A DNA stretch of 64,000 bases, taken from positions 58,342,001 through 58,406,000 of the forward strand of contig CM060733.1 in assembly GCA_030704615.1 (NCBI GenBank), read 5' to 3'. The position numbers and the translations under genes are program-made. Of the stretch, positions 10,901 to 24,176 are shown piece by piece. The DNA is from Takakia lepidozioides (taxonomy: Eukaryota; Plantae; Bryophyta). The notes under the pieces were generated by a model, which did not search any database, was not told the DNA's origin, and saw nothing but the letters and a program-made list of their open reading frames with translations. Position 1 is the first letter of the stretch. Each line of letters starts with the position of its first letter.

Positions 10901-13893
10901 GTGGCAGGAAGCAACAGCAATGGGTTTATCCCACTGCTGCCGGCCGCACCCTTGATTCCCAGCAGTGTGTTCCACGAGACCGTCAGCAACTCTCATCTCC
11001 CCACCACCAAAGACAAGGTTGCACCATACGGAAAGTCTTCAGGAGCGAAAACGGACCAGGAAGCTCATCCATCGACAGGCCTAACATCAATTCAAAACAC
11101 GGGGCTATTGGCCGTCTTATTCGATCCCAACAAAGAGAGAGTCGTTGTGACACCCCCGTGCCCCTTTGTCCTTCGCCAAGATTTGAATCAAGGAAGGAGG
11201 AGCGAGGAATTCAATCAAAGAACCTGGAAGAGCAACAGCTCAAGCTTTGCTCCTGGGGAGGCGAGTACAAGGCAGGTGGTGGGAGTCTCAGCACCCGCTG
11301 AGGCTGATGGGGGCAGCTTCTTCTCTGAACGGAAGAGAGAGGCATGCAATCAGGAGAGGGGAATTAACGAATCATGTCTTTCAGGCAAGATTTATACTTG
11401 TGCACTGTGGAGAAATGACTCACAGTGGCCATCACTTGAGGAATCCCGACAGGGGCAGACTTCATTATGTAAGGCAGGCAGCCCAGCTGGGGGGCTTCCC
11501 ACCATGGCACAACAGGGTTCCTCAAATGAGAATGCTGGTTCAGTAGAGGTGCGCAGAGAGGTTGGGGGTTGGTTGAGAGCTGCAGGAAAATCTGAACAAC
11601 TTGAGAATAATTTCTTCGGAGAGAAGTGGCCTTCATTGTGGGAGTCCGATGAAATGAGAAGATCGGCTGAGAATGTCGGGTCTGTTGCACTTGGAGCGGG
11701 GAAGTTGGGATCAGGTTCATCAGACGTAGTTGTACATAAGCAAACAAGGCAACCTTTATGGGACTTAGGTGCAGGTTCATCCGACGTAGATATGCAGAAT
11801 AAAAACAAATCAATTATCACAGGAAGCAGAGAGAGGTCCGATGCAAGATTTATGGTTATCAACAGGGGGAAGGAAAAGGCTTTGGGGAAGACAAGTGTGC
11901 CAGTGCTCTTAATGCTCAACAGGGACTTCGTCGTGGCATCTCCAGTGAAGGGGAATTTGCTGTTAACCATTGCATTGACACAAAAGAGGGGATCTCAGGA
12001 GGTGGAGGGAGCTACCCTACGGCTGGCAGTCAAGCAGAATAATGAGCCAGCTCAAATTTGCGAAGGGGCGCACCAGGTTTTGGTGGGGCAGTTCACTGCA
12101 CTTTCTTCGTTTCTGGGGTTCGGATTGGGACGAGATGCGCAGCGTGTCAAGTGTGAGAGCAATGCTGGTGGAACGTCCACCATCTCTGAGGTGGGTCTAC
12201 GGCCACCAGCTCCCGTTTCCTCTCTCTTCACACTGTTCGACAACCGTGTTCAATTATCTTCTATGTCTGAAATATTTTTCTGCTGGAGTGTCAGTGGAAA
12301 CATGTTCTCGTTAACTAGTATTTCCCCATTGTCAGTAATGATAAAGAGAGAAAGAGAGAGTCTAACTTAGAATGTACTCATAAGACGTTGTTTGCCGTAG
12401 CCTTGTGGCCATTGACCCCGTGCCCAGTTTGAGCGGAAACCAAAGGGACAGAACCTACCTCTGTCAGGGGCTGACTTTGGTAGTAAGACTTACCTTTATA
12501 AATAGAATTGATTCGGGTTTTCCAGATATCCTCTAGAAATTCCTTCACACAAGCATCAATCTGCTGTGTGTGATTTGCCTTACTTAGAAAGAAACCTTGG
12601 AAGTTTATGTCAACCAGGAAAGGTTCAAAGAACCTATAGGGCAAGGACGCATGTAAACAGTACACGAAAGAGAGCATCGGAGAGAAATCTAACATTTGGT
12701 GTTCTTATCCAGTCTTATTTAATTGTGATCCTGCGTTGTTCCAGTCCTTGTCAGTGGAGTACTTTGCAAGAAGGTTTCAAGCCAAGGATGTAGTGACGGA
12801 GATGGAGGTGGAGTACTGCTCCATGAATTGGAAGAAGGTGGACTATATCTGTACACTGTATGGCAAGCGCGTGGGGGTTTCTGTTACGCGCGCAATGTCC
12901 TACCCCAACCCCAAAGCTTTCTCTTCGGATGCAGCCTATCAGCTGCTTCATAAGAAGCTGTTTGGTTTGGTAAACTTGTCGAATCCCTCCCTTGTGTTGA
13001 TGCCCATATGTAAAATTATATTCCACATTTGAAGTGTAATCCACCACAGGTCTTGTAAAACTAGGGGCACTTGATCAAAATTGAACTAACCTCTTGAAGT
13101 GGACAAACTGTATTCACCAAGGTTCTTAAGTAGTCGTGCAAGTGGGCGGTCTCATAACTTAGATCAGAGAGGGTCAACTGGTATCATGTGAGTTAATATC
13201 CCTCAAAGAAAAAGTCACTATGTACAGCCTTGAAAGTTTGCTCGAGGAACAGTCAGAGTGCACTATTCAAAAATGTTTGGCACAAACTGGGTGGTGATAA
13301 CTGTGCAGGTGGTGGCAAGGCATGGCGTAGCAAAGAGGTACAGCTTCTCCCAGTGCATCCTCCATGTCTGGTGCGAAACTCATAAAACAGCTAAAATTAT
13401 GGAGGCTGAGTACAAAGGTACATTGTCTCTTTCTCTCTCTCTCTTACGCTATCGGGCTTGTGCATTGTCTATAAATCCGACAGGCGTTCAACAAATTGAA
13501 GTCATCTAAGTTTAAATCTCTCTCTAAATTCTGGTTGCAAAAGAATCTACTTGCCCAACAATTTTTAAGCATCTTGGAGGTGATTTTAGCTGTCACATTT
13601 GTGTGCGGCACTCTTCCAATCAGTTCGAGAGATTGCAAGCACATAGTCTGTCCCTTACATTTCTGCACATCCCACGTTATTCATGATCGATGATCTACCC
13701 TATAACTTCAGAGCAATCTGGAAAAAATATTGGAATTGCATGACTGGTGTCAGGTGTTTTGGAGGAGCTGGATATAACAGACGATGTGATCATGATCTTG
13801 ACGGTGGCTGAAGGCGTCCACGCACGCCCCATCTTCTACGAGCATTGCCTCAACAGCATCTGGACCTCAAATCCTTTGAAAGCAGCACGTTAA
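10901..13893 (+). CDS. AAC4-like protein (similar to Dictyostelium AAC-rich mRNA clone AAC4); exons ..12190, 12745-12969, 13309-13417, 13754-13893; start uncertain (first in-frame ATG 11504)
   Basis: Spliced C-terminal domain ESNAGGTSTISE-SLSVEY..TEMEVEY..KVDY..VGVSVTRAM..LLHKKLFGL..CILHVW..; GT-AG introns keep the frame; long low-complexity N-terminus. Confidence 0.7.
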
Positions 13894-14109
13894 ACAGAAA
13901 CAGCTCTCGCTTTGTGAGTCAACTTGTATAGACTTGATACACACTCTTCCCCTTGTATATCCCCTGCATGAATACACGTCAATATTTTGTACGATCCTGT
14001 AAATGTAATACTGGTTTCTCCGCATCAGTAAACTCTTTTTTTTTTTTTTTTTTTTTTTTAATAAAAATATTTTAGTTTCCTCAAAGAGGCCCTGGACAGC
14101 CTGAGGCCT

Positions 14110-14650
14110 TGTGAGGGCTGGATTCCGACCTACCTGTTTTTTGGCATGGATGAATGATGATATGGATGAAGTAGGATGTGCATGCTCGTTGAGTGTGATG
14201 GATGGCGCACGGATGAGACATGATGAACCTGATCGTTAGTCCTGGATGGATGAGGCTAGAGTAGCCGTTACATATTAAGCGTAGGTGTATTAAGTTGGAA
14301 TTGTCCTTAGTTAACAGCTAGAATAGGATTAGATTAGGTGATGTAGCCTCGTTGTGTGGCCTAGCTGGGACGACATCTGGCTGGCCAATGAAAGACGGTC
14401 GTTTGGCCTGGATTAGATTACGTGCTTAAATACTATATAAATCAGTACGCTGAGGCAAAAGGGGCTGTGGATTTGATCTCAAATGGTGTACGGTTGAAAC
14501 TTGCATGAGTGCTTGGATGAACGCGTGTTAGAAAGGTGTATCATTGTGACAGATTCCATCCTATTTAGTAAGTCCCTGCCCTACTGTGCTATAACCCTCA
14601 TATTGGTAATCCCGGATAGAAAGGGGAATATATCCCCATCTTGCTTCACA
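14110..14650 (+). mobile_element. Probable solo LTR
   Basis: TGTGA...TCACA termini, TATATAAA at about 14434, imperfect flanks GCCT/CCCT. Confidence 0.45.
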
Positions 14651-15957
14651 CCCTCAAGAAATTTTATTTATAAGAAAATTTTGGATTTTCTTTCTTTTTT
14701 GTTTTTTGTTTGTTTCCAAGGAAACTGTCCCGGCAACTGGGCCTTGAGGGGGAAAATAATTGGAGAACACTAAGAGTAATATAAGAACTTAGTGCACCCC
14801 TGCAATCTCTTACAAGACCCAGTTTCCAGTATGTCAAATATTCCCCACGCTCTCTTTGAGTGACATGGAACTGAAGGGAGTGTAACTCCACTCAGGGTTA
14901 CACTCCATTTGGAGTTACAATGGGTTGCACAGCAGGGAATGTAAACTCCGGAGCGGAGCGGCGTTTCAGGTCAGCAGCAGGCGCACCGAAATGGCTCAAG
15001 CATCCAGCAGGTAATTTACTTGTTTACTGTTTCTCTCTGGTTTGATGTGGTTCTCTCTGGCTCGCTCTGGCTTGTTTTGTTATGCTGGTTTGCTGTTGTT
15101 ATGTTGTTGTTGTTTGCTCATATGCTTGTTGATCTGCTTTTGTTTTCGTTTTCGTTTTGCTGTTGCTTTTGTTTTACGGTTTGTTGGTCCGCATCGCCCA
15201 CATCGCTGTTGGTTTGCTTCTGTTTCCTCTCTCGCTTTGATTCCAGAGGTTATAGAGCACCATTTGTTTTTTGCATGTCACGTTTCGTGAGTGTCATGTC
15301 TTTTCTGATGCGGAGCATCTCATTTCAATACATTGGTTCCATTCCTGCAAAGTTGTTTCAATTCAGTGCTGCTTCTCTGCTATCTGCAGAGAAAGGGTGG
15401 TTTGTATGGTGATTTTGTGGTGCTGTTTACTGGCTGTTTGGTGCTGCTAAATTATTAGGGTCAGGGATTAGGATTACGGCAGGTTAGGATGATGGTTTTG
15501 TGCGATTGGTTTTGCGAATTTCAGATATTTGAAAACGGGGTTTTCTTCGGGCTATTTCAAAATCTCCGAAACTAGCTTAGGCTACACTAGTAGCCTAGTC
15601 TCCGTAGACCTCTAGACTCTAGTAGACCTCCATGACGTCCAGCAGGACAATCCACAAGAACCTCGCGTGCCCAGTGGAGGTTCCTGCGTGTTCGTATCCG
15701 TAGGCACAACATATGGATGTATTGAGATAGACTTATGTCTCTGCCTCCCCTGCATTGATTCTGTTCTGTTAGTATTAAAAAAAAATGCATAGGAGTGCAT
15801 ACGGTGGCCGAAGATGGGTCTGAGACCGTCTCGACATCTGTGAGAGGCCAATGAGACAGAATCCAGTAAACATCAACGAAGTAGAAAACCAAGACGCATT
15901 ACTGGTTGCGTCGAAACTAAAACCTCGAAGAAGAGAGCTGAAAATCAAATTTCAGAT

Positions 15958-16370
15958 GTGGGCACTGACGTGCGAACCCAGATAAATCCGGGCACTGACG
16001 CATCAATGTTCGAGGGAGTTATTCGCCGGGAGACAACGGAGGAAACCAAAGAAGATGAAGATGAAAGTGTTGTCTGCAATCTTCAGTCTGATTCAGATGA
16101 TCACATTTCCGTAGGATATATTGCAGAGTCCCCTGAATCCGTCCTTCTGTCCTCTCCAGGATAATGTCCTGCCTTTCCGCAGTATCTCGGATATGTCCTT
16201 GAATTTTCTCCAGAATATGTCCCTGCGGATTCTCCCAAATACGTCCCTACAGATTCTCCCGAGTACGTCCCTGAAGATTCTCCAGAATACATCTCTGGAG
16301 ATTCTCCGACATATACCCCTAGAGACTACTCCCCGGAAACCCTCAGGATGATTCGAGAGAGCCTCCTCTA
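15958..16370 (+). pseudogene. ORF with a 24-bp coding minisatellite (SPEYVPxD repeats) and one in-frame TAA at 16162
   Basis: Reads ..SPG*CP..SPEYVPADSPKYVPTDSPEYVPEDSPEYISGDSPTYTPRDYSPE. Confidence 0.55.
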
Positions 16371-17115
16371 GTTATTGTAGATATAAGAAATTTTAGGGAT
16401 GAACCTCAATTGAGGAGCATATATCGAGTTCTGGTAGGTATTAGGTATTAGTATTCGAACACTTTTGAGACCAGATAATGTATGGAATGGCGAGATGAGC
16501 CTTTACTGAATAAATGTTTTTTTCTACTTATGAGTGAACTCTTTTTTTCCTCCTGAATGGAATTATTTTATTTGTCAGCGATGAGAGTGTGTAGTGGTGA
16601 ACCTCCACTGGACAGTGGAGGTTAATGTTTTGGGAGTTTTGGATGGTTGTGATCAATATTAGTCTGACGCCCGAGGTGGTTTGTTTTGTCGACAGCAGCA
16701 CTACCCCCTGGGATTGTTTTGTTGGAATGTGCAAACTTATTTGTGGTTCATTTGTTTCTCGAAAATCTCCGAATTTAAAAAATGATCACCTGACAATTTT
16801 TGAGCTCAACCCGGAAGTCACAGAATAGGGCATCGTCCCCGTTGGAACACCTCCGGACCGTAAGTTTCGCTTCCACTGCAAGGTTGGTGTAGAGGTCGCC
16901 AAGCTCAAATATGCAGATGTGGTCGACGTAGAGCTAGAGATGGAGGTCGAATTTCCGATGCTGGTTATTTTCATGATGGAGGATGGTAGATTCCTGGCTT
17001 AAAACTGGATGTACGTCTTCTAAGGAAGGCCATGATGAGAGAGTACATTTGGGCGGGGTTCACATATTGCGACGAGGATACACAATTTACAGATGAAGGT
17101 TTTTGCATGGCTTGG

Positions 17116-17836
17116 TGTCGCGACCCTTTGCCTTGAGGGCAGGGGGTCGGGACACAGAAGGGCTGCCCCTGTGGTGGGGCAGTAGCAGCGATAGATACGG
17201 GGGCTGAAGCACCCTTTGAGTGCCCAAGGCACTCAAGGAGGCGGAGGCGCTCACTAGGCGGAGCCCCGCACACCGGGTTGCGGTGGGGGTGGCTCACACA
17301 GGGGTGGTGGTAGCTTAGCGGGACTTAGTGGGGGTGGCATAGGACTCACCATGGGGTGGAGACCTCGAGGTGGGAGTCGTGGGGAGTCTTGGGACTCATC
17401 ACGGTCCATTGGGGCCGCGGTGAGTGGGCCAAGACTCACCGCGACTCACCACCGGGAATCGAGGGTCTTCGTGGTGGTTCACCATAAAATGGCATGGCTG
17501 TTTGTGGAACCCCCGCGGACAGCTACAGAAGTATATATAGGGAGTAGTAACCCGAGAACGGTGCAAGCCCGTTGGTGACCAAAAACTAGTGAGTAAGCGA
17601 GCGAGCCGGAAAGCGACCAAAGAGTGGGGAGCTGTTCCGGACTGCCATCTACCAAAGGGAATTCCACTAGGCCCAAATAGGTGGAGGGTCTTTCGGGGAG
17701 CGAAGGGGGACCGTTATGTCCCGGTGAGCAGCCGAAGCTCCAAGTTGGCCCGGCGGCCAGGTTGGGAGTCAGGCGTGCGCATCAAAGCGAGTAACTATGA
17801 CTTGAAGGGGAGCTTACCGAAGTGAGGTGCGCGACA
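17116..17836 (+). repeat. 5' LTR of chromovirus
   Basis: tgtcgcg...gcgcgaca, direct repeat of 23449-24171. Confidence 0.95.
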
Positions 17837-17964
17837 CTTGGTATCAGAGCTTAGAGTTCAGTACGCGATCGTCCTTGGGATTGGCCTCATCATGGGGTCG
17901 GGCAAGCCGAAGGGGAAGCGGAACGGCCCAAAGATGATGATCCTGGTGAGCCAGATGGGGCGAC

Positions 17965-20900
17965 GTGTCACCGAGGCGGCCATTTGAGGAAGCGATGCAT
18001 GTTTCCGAAAACGAGGCCGCTCAAGAGCGGGAGGAATCCAAGGAGTCGGAGCCCGAGGAATCCTTGAGAGCTCCGACAAACCAAGAGATGTCTCCCATGC
18101 CGGCAGCCTTTTGGGAAGGGTTGTTGGCGCAGTTTGGCGGGACGTTGAAAGACGTATTGAAGGCGGCTAATGCCCACTTCCACTAAGGCAAAGTTTAAGG
18201 TGAAGCCTAAGGAACGCCGGCACCTTCGAGGGCGTCGCGAAATCGGAACGCACTCAACACCTGGCTCCTGGAGCTAGAGCAGTACTTTCGGGCGGCCAAG
18301 TTGAGTGACGAGGATCGGGTGGAAGTGGCTCCCACCTATTTGAGGGGCTATGCTCAACAATGGTGGCAGAAACGCCTTCACGACCGAGGTCCGAGCCCGG
18401 AAACCTTGAACTGGAGTGGATTCAAGGAATTGATGAAGAGACAGTTTGTGCCCCTCAACGCGTCCTGGCTTGCCCGGGACAAGATGAGGAATTTGAAGCA
18501 AACGGATGACATTCGGGTTTATGTTCAGGCTTTCAATGTGGCTGCTGCTCGAAGTCGCGGACATGGCAGAAACCAGAAATGGTCTTCAACTTTGTGGCGG
18601 GACTGGCCCCGTGGGCCAGGCGGAAGTTGGAGGAGAAGCCGCCTAAGACTTTGAACGAGGCAATTGAGAGGGGACGGATGTTTCTCGGACGTCCCTAGGG
18701 GTGAAAGACAAGGTCGTACGGAGTTGAACCACAAGAAGGCCCGGCGGGAAGGTGACTCTTTCCGACCGGAAAAGAAGTGGGATAGGCCACGCGGCGATAA
18801 TGGCACGTGGAAATCGAAGGGAGGGCCTTCACACGTCAAGGCGGCACCTGGTGCTCCGAAAGGAAAAGCAGGTGCAGCGGCTTAATGGCGGACAGAAGGC
18901 GACCTTTAATGGAGTGTGTTTCAATTGCGGGGAGCCCGGCATGGCACATGGCCAAGAAGTGCACGAAGCCCCGACAGTTGAACATGACTCGGGCGACCAC
19001 AGAGCTGTCAGAAGATACCATCAGTCGCCTGGTGAAGCGGTGGTCGCCAGGACTTGCAAGGTAGGCACATTTTTCTTGTGAGTTGTATCAGGAAACTGGC
19101 GCTTACGTAAAGGGAGTCAGTTACTGTTCGTGGATGGGATAATATCCAGAACTAACAGTTCATTGTTGGTGGACACATGAGCGTCGCACTCCTTCATGAC
19201 ACCGGCAACGGCACAAAAGCACTGGGACTCCCGACAAGTGACGTGGGGGCCTCTATTGAGGTGCGTTCTGCCAAAGGAGAACCCAGCTGGCGATAAGGTT
19301 GGCAATTCGGATGTTCCTCTTCAACTAGGGAGTTGGCAGGGACGTGAGAACTTCACCATCTGCGAGATCGATGGAGTGGATCTCATTTTGGGGATGACCT
19401 TTTTGAGCAAATCCGGAGTGGTCAATAGATGGCCGCAAGAGAGTAGTCACCTGCCGTGTTGGAATGGTGGCGAGGTCTTGCGGTGTCGGAAACGCCCAAA
19501 TCCGTGGGAGGGCGAATAACCTTCTGTCAGCAAGGGAGTGGGCCGTGGAGGAGGCACACGAGCCCCAGTTTTTGCTTTACATTAGAGAAGTGAAGAGTTT
19601 TTGCTTTACATTAGAGAAGTGAAGGGGGAGAAGGCGATGGGGAGCCGAGCCCAGATTGGATCAAGGGATTTTGGAGAAATACCAAGATGTGATCCTGAGG
19701 ATTTACACGCGGCTTGCCACCGCGAAGAGGAGTTGACCACAAGATTGAGGTGATACCGGGATCGTCAGCAAGGGACAGTGGGCGTGGAGGAGGCACACGA
19801 GCCCCAGGTTTTGCTTTACATTAGAGAAGTGAAGGGAGAGGCGATGGGGGGAGCGGAGGAGCCCAGATTGGATCAAGGGGATTTTGGAGGAAATACCCAA
19901 GATGTGATGCCTGAGGATTTAACAAGCGGACTGGCACCGCCGAAGAGGAGTTTTTGACCACAAGATTGAGGTGATACCGGGATCGGAACCGCCTGCCAAG
20001 GCGCCCTACCGGTTGAGCCACAGAGAGTTGGTCGAGCTGAAGGACTCAGCTCAAGGATCTAATGTCAAAGGGGGTACATCCGGACCGAGTAAGTCACCTT
20101 ACGGAGCCCCGGTGCTATTCGAAAACAAGAAGGATGGGACGTTGCGGATTGTGTGTCGATTACAGGGCTGAATAAGGTGACTATTAAAAAACCGGGACCC
20201 TTGCCACAGGGTTCGACGACCTTCATCGAACTGTTGGCAGGAGCGAAGTACTTCAGCCGGATCGACTTGCGCTCCGGCTACCATACAAATTCGGGTGGGT
20301 ACTCGAAAACAAAAGAGGAGCACCTGGAGCACCTCAAAAGGGTGTTCCAAAAATTGCGGGAAGGGAAGCTGTACGCCAAAGCTTCAAAGTGCGAATTCGG
20401 GGTCACGAAAGTGGAGTTCTTGGGGCATGTGATTACACAGGATGGGATCAAAATGGATGACAGAAAGGTGAGGGCGATCTTGGACTGGGAGCCTCCGACT
20501 TCGGTCCCGGAGTGCGATCCTTCCTACGACTCGCCTCCTATTACGGAAGTATGTGAGAAATTTGCCAAGATCGCGGGGCCGCTGTCCGACCTTCTGTGTA
20601 AATCCAAAGTCTGGGCATGGAATACTTTTTGTAGCCAAGCTTTTGCTGAATTGAAGCAGCGGATGGCGGAAGCTCCAGTCTTGAAAATCCCCGAGTTCGA
20701 TCGTCCGTTTGAGATTCATACAGATGCATCGGACTTCGCGATTGGGGGTGTACTTATGCAAGATGGACGTCCAGTGGCTTATGAAAGTAAGAAACTGAAT
20801 GAAGTGGAGCGACGGTGGCCGACGCACGAAAAAGAGATGAATGCGGTGGTGGTGCTGCCTTGAGCTTTGGCGCCACTATGTTGGTTCCAACCCAGTGAAG

Positions 20901-22543
20901 GTGTTCACGGACAATGTCACGGTGAAGTTTTTGCCACGCAGCCCAAGTTGTCCCCAAATCAACTTAGGTGGCAAGATACTTTGGCGGTGTTCGACGTGGA
21001 TATCCAGTACAAACCGGGACGGGACAATGTGGTGGCCGATGCTTTAAGTAGAAAGCAGCAGCTCATGTTGGTGCATAGGGGCGAGACGGCGCTCCAAAGG
21101 AAGATCCGGAAGGCTTGCCGGAAGGATGAGCTGGCGAAGTCCGTGATGCAAGACTTGAGGATGGGTTAAATCGCAGATCCACTTGCAAAATGGACTGCTC
21201 CGGTATAAGCAAAAGCGTCTCTACGTGCCGAAGGGAGGGATGAGGGATAGTCTCTTGAGAGAATGCCATGATAGCCCGCTTGCGGGCCACGGCGGAGCCA
21301 AGCGCACTGCGGCACTCTTGAAGAAAGAGTATTTCTGGCCCAAACTGAGGAGGAGGCAGAGGAGTGTCAAGACATGCACCACATGCCAACAAAACCGGAG
21401 CGAGTACAAAAAGCAGAGGCTGTTGTTACACCCTTGCCGATTCCAGAGGGGACTTGGGAAAGCGTCTCGATGGATTTCATGACTGCTATGCCGCTGTCAA
21501 AAGGATTCGATGCAATCATGGTGGTGGTAGATAGGTTCAGTAAAATGGGCCATTTCATCCCCACCATGGAGATGGCAACGGCGCAGGAGACAGGGCGACT
21601 TTACTTTGCCCACGTCTTAAAGCATCATGGAGTCCCGAAGGATATTGTCTCGGACCGCGATCCAAAGTTTACGAGTAAATTTGGAGGACACTTTGGAAGA
21701 AGATGATGGGAACGAGGCTGAAGATGAGCACTGCCTTTCGACCTATGACCGACGGCCAAACGGAAAGAGTGAATTCCGTAGTGAAGCAGATCTTGCGGAA
21801 TTACGTGTCGGCAGACCAATCAGACTGGGTGGAACACTTAGACGCGGTAGAGTTCTGTTATAATAACACAGAAACACTCCGCAACGGGAGTTTCCCCTTT
21901 CGTATTGGTCTATGGAAAAGTACCTCTAGTGCCGACAAGTTGGGCCGCCCAGGACGTTGAGGAACCGGCAGTAGCGGCGGTACTGGAAGAACGCGAGCGT
22001 TTGTTGAAGCTCGCAAAGTACAACATTGCCAAAGCTAGGAAACGGTATGAAAGGCAGGCGAATCGGAAGCGGAGGGAAGTGAAGTTTGAGGCAGGCACGG
22101 AAGTCTGGTTGAACATCAAGAATTTTCGACTACCTCCGGAAGTGAGTCCAAATTCATACCTCTATATGCGGGTCCCTTTCGCATCCGAAGGTTAAAGGTT
22201 ATGAATGAGGATGTATATGAATTGGAGCTGCCGGCAAACAGCAAGGTGCATCCAGTATTCCACGTATCTTTTTTGAAGCCTTACTTCAAAGATGAAGCGC
22301 GTCCGGCATCAAGTGTTGCGTCCGCCACCTGTGTTGTTGGATCATGGAAATGAACCTGAGTATGAGGTGGAGGCAGTACTTAAGTCGAGGAGGTTACAAG
22401 AACCGAGAAACGGAGTATCTCGTCAAATGGAAGGGCTATCATCATGTGGAGGCATCTTGGGTGCGTGCCTCAAAAATGGGAAACGCATCCGAGGCGGTTT
22501 TGCAGCGTTCGAAGGGCGACCTCAAAAGCGGAAGAAGCGTTGA
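17965..22543 (+). pseudogene. gag-pol of chromovirus; many frameshifts and RT core deleted
   Basis: Fragmented ORFs 18301-18654, 20153-20863, 21374-21706 and others. SGYHQIR is joined directly to YSKTKEEH, so the YxDD region is absent. Confidence 0.9.
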
Positions 22544-23448
22544 TGGGGACATCAACCTTGAAGCGTGGGGGAGGAAATGCATGCTTAGCCCGGCTTAGCT
22601 AGCTCAGGAATCCGATTGCAAAAACTTGTATTGTACAAAACTTGCTATAAATGAAATGGCTTCCAAATGTTGTGCGTCCTATTTTGTTTGGAATGGTGAT
22701 GCATGGTATGGTTGGCTAGTGTGTAGAATGCATGCTAGCTTACAAAAGTGGGAGAGGTAAATTGGGTTAATCGTGTGTTTGCGTAGTGCCGAAATCGGGT
22801 GACCCCCATCCAAGGGGCAAGGCAACTTGCGCCTTCTTTAGGAGTTCACGTGCTAGTGCGCACCTGGCGCGTGCGCGTACTATAACTGCGCTACCGAGGG
22901 GGTTGCCTTGTAGTGCGGGCTAACGCGGAAGCTACGTGCTTTCGTTCACGTACTATAATCGTGTAGCCTCGAGACGAAGTCGTAGTGTGGCTTCGGCGTG
23001 TTCCCGTACCTCAGGCCAACATTCCAAGTAGGACCCAATTGTAGTGATTGGGGCGCACGGTTGATTCAAGGTTATCTTCCTAGTCAAAGAGGGTTCCAGG
23101 TGAACCCTTGCTCAAGGTGATGCCAAAAGCGGCATCATGAGCGATCGTAAGCAATGTTGTTGCAGTAAGGCGATTCGATCCTCGGGGAGGATCGTTCCTT
23201 GGCCTTGAAGTAGGCCAACAAGAGTGCACTGGGAGGAGCTGGAGAGGCTCCACCCTTGGCCGGGACTTGGAGGAAGTCGGCCGAACAAGCTAGTGGAGAG
23301 TAGAGTCAAGTGTGGGGTTTGGTTCTTTGCCATGGGACGCCATGGTGCGGAAACAAACTCCTTGATGTGGGATGCCACAACTTGGATGTTCGTTTCTACA
23401 AAATGGACAAGTCGATGAGGACATCGACTCCCTGTTGGTAGGGGTGTG

Positions 23449-24171
23449 TGTCGCGGCCCTTTGCCTTGAGGGCAGGGGGTCGGGACACAAAAGGGGCTGC
23501 CCCTGTGGTGGGGGCAGTAGCAGCGATAGATACGGGGGCTGAAGCACCCTTGAGTGCCCAAGGCACTCAAGGAGGCGGAGGCGCTCACTAGGCGGAGCCC
23601 CGCACACCGGGTTGCGGTGGGGGTGGCTCCACAAGGGGTGGTGGTAGCTTAGCGGGACTTAGTGGGGGTGGCATAGGACTCACCATGGGGTGGAGACCTC
23701 GAGGTGGGAGTCGTGGGGAGTCTTGGGACTCATCACGGTCCATTGGGGCCGCGGTGAGTGGGCCAAGACTCACCGCGACTCACCACCGGAATCGAGGGTC
23801 TTCGTGGTGGTTCACCATAAAATGGCATGGCTGTTTGTGGAACCCCCGCGGACAGCTACAGAAGTATATATAGGGAGTAGTAACCCCGAGAACGGTGCAA
23901 GCCCGTTGGTGACCAAAAACTAGTGAGTAAGCGAGCGAGCCGGAAAGCGACCAAAGAGTGGGGAGCTGTTCCGGACTGCCATCTACCAAAGGGAATTCCA
24001 CTAGGCCCAAATAGGTGGAGGGTCTTTCGGGGGAGTGAAGGGGGACCGTTATGTCCCGGTGAGCAGCCGAAGTTCCAAGTTGGCCCGGCGGCCAGGTTGG
24101 GAGTCAGGCGTGCGCATCAAAGCGAGTAACTATGACTTGAAGGGGAGCTTACCGAAGTGAGGTGCGCGACA
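23449..24171 (+). repeat. 3' LTR of chromovirus
   Basis: Direct repeat of the 5' LTR, followed by TSD CTTGG at 24172-24176. Confidence 0.95.
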
Positions 24172-24176
24172 CTTGG

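Larger units (their letters stand above)
17116..24171 (+). mobile_element. Ty3/Gypsy chromovirus LTR retrotransposon (defective)
   Basis: Near-identical TG..CA LTRs 17116-17836 and 23449-24171; 5-bp TSD CTTGG; tRNA-iMet PBS TGGTATCAGAGC at 17839; PPT before 23449. Contains gag with zinc knuckle, protease, RT, RNase H (HTDASD), integrase (SMDF, SDRD, GQTER) and a chromodomain (EYEVEAVL..YLVKWKGY). Confidence 0.95.

Noticed and set aside
12191-12370. C-terminus of the 489-aa ORF
   Set aside because: Read-through into an intron; a GT donor at 12191 splices to conserved downstream exons.
15020-15412. Hydrophobic membrane-protein ORF
   Set aside because: Artefact of T/G-rich low-complexity sequence; no ATG start.
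19520-19980. Biologically meaningful tandem duplication in the chromovirus pol
   Set aside because: Indel-rich near-duplicates in an element with near-identical LTRs look like long-read consensus error; this cannot be judged without reads.
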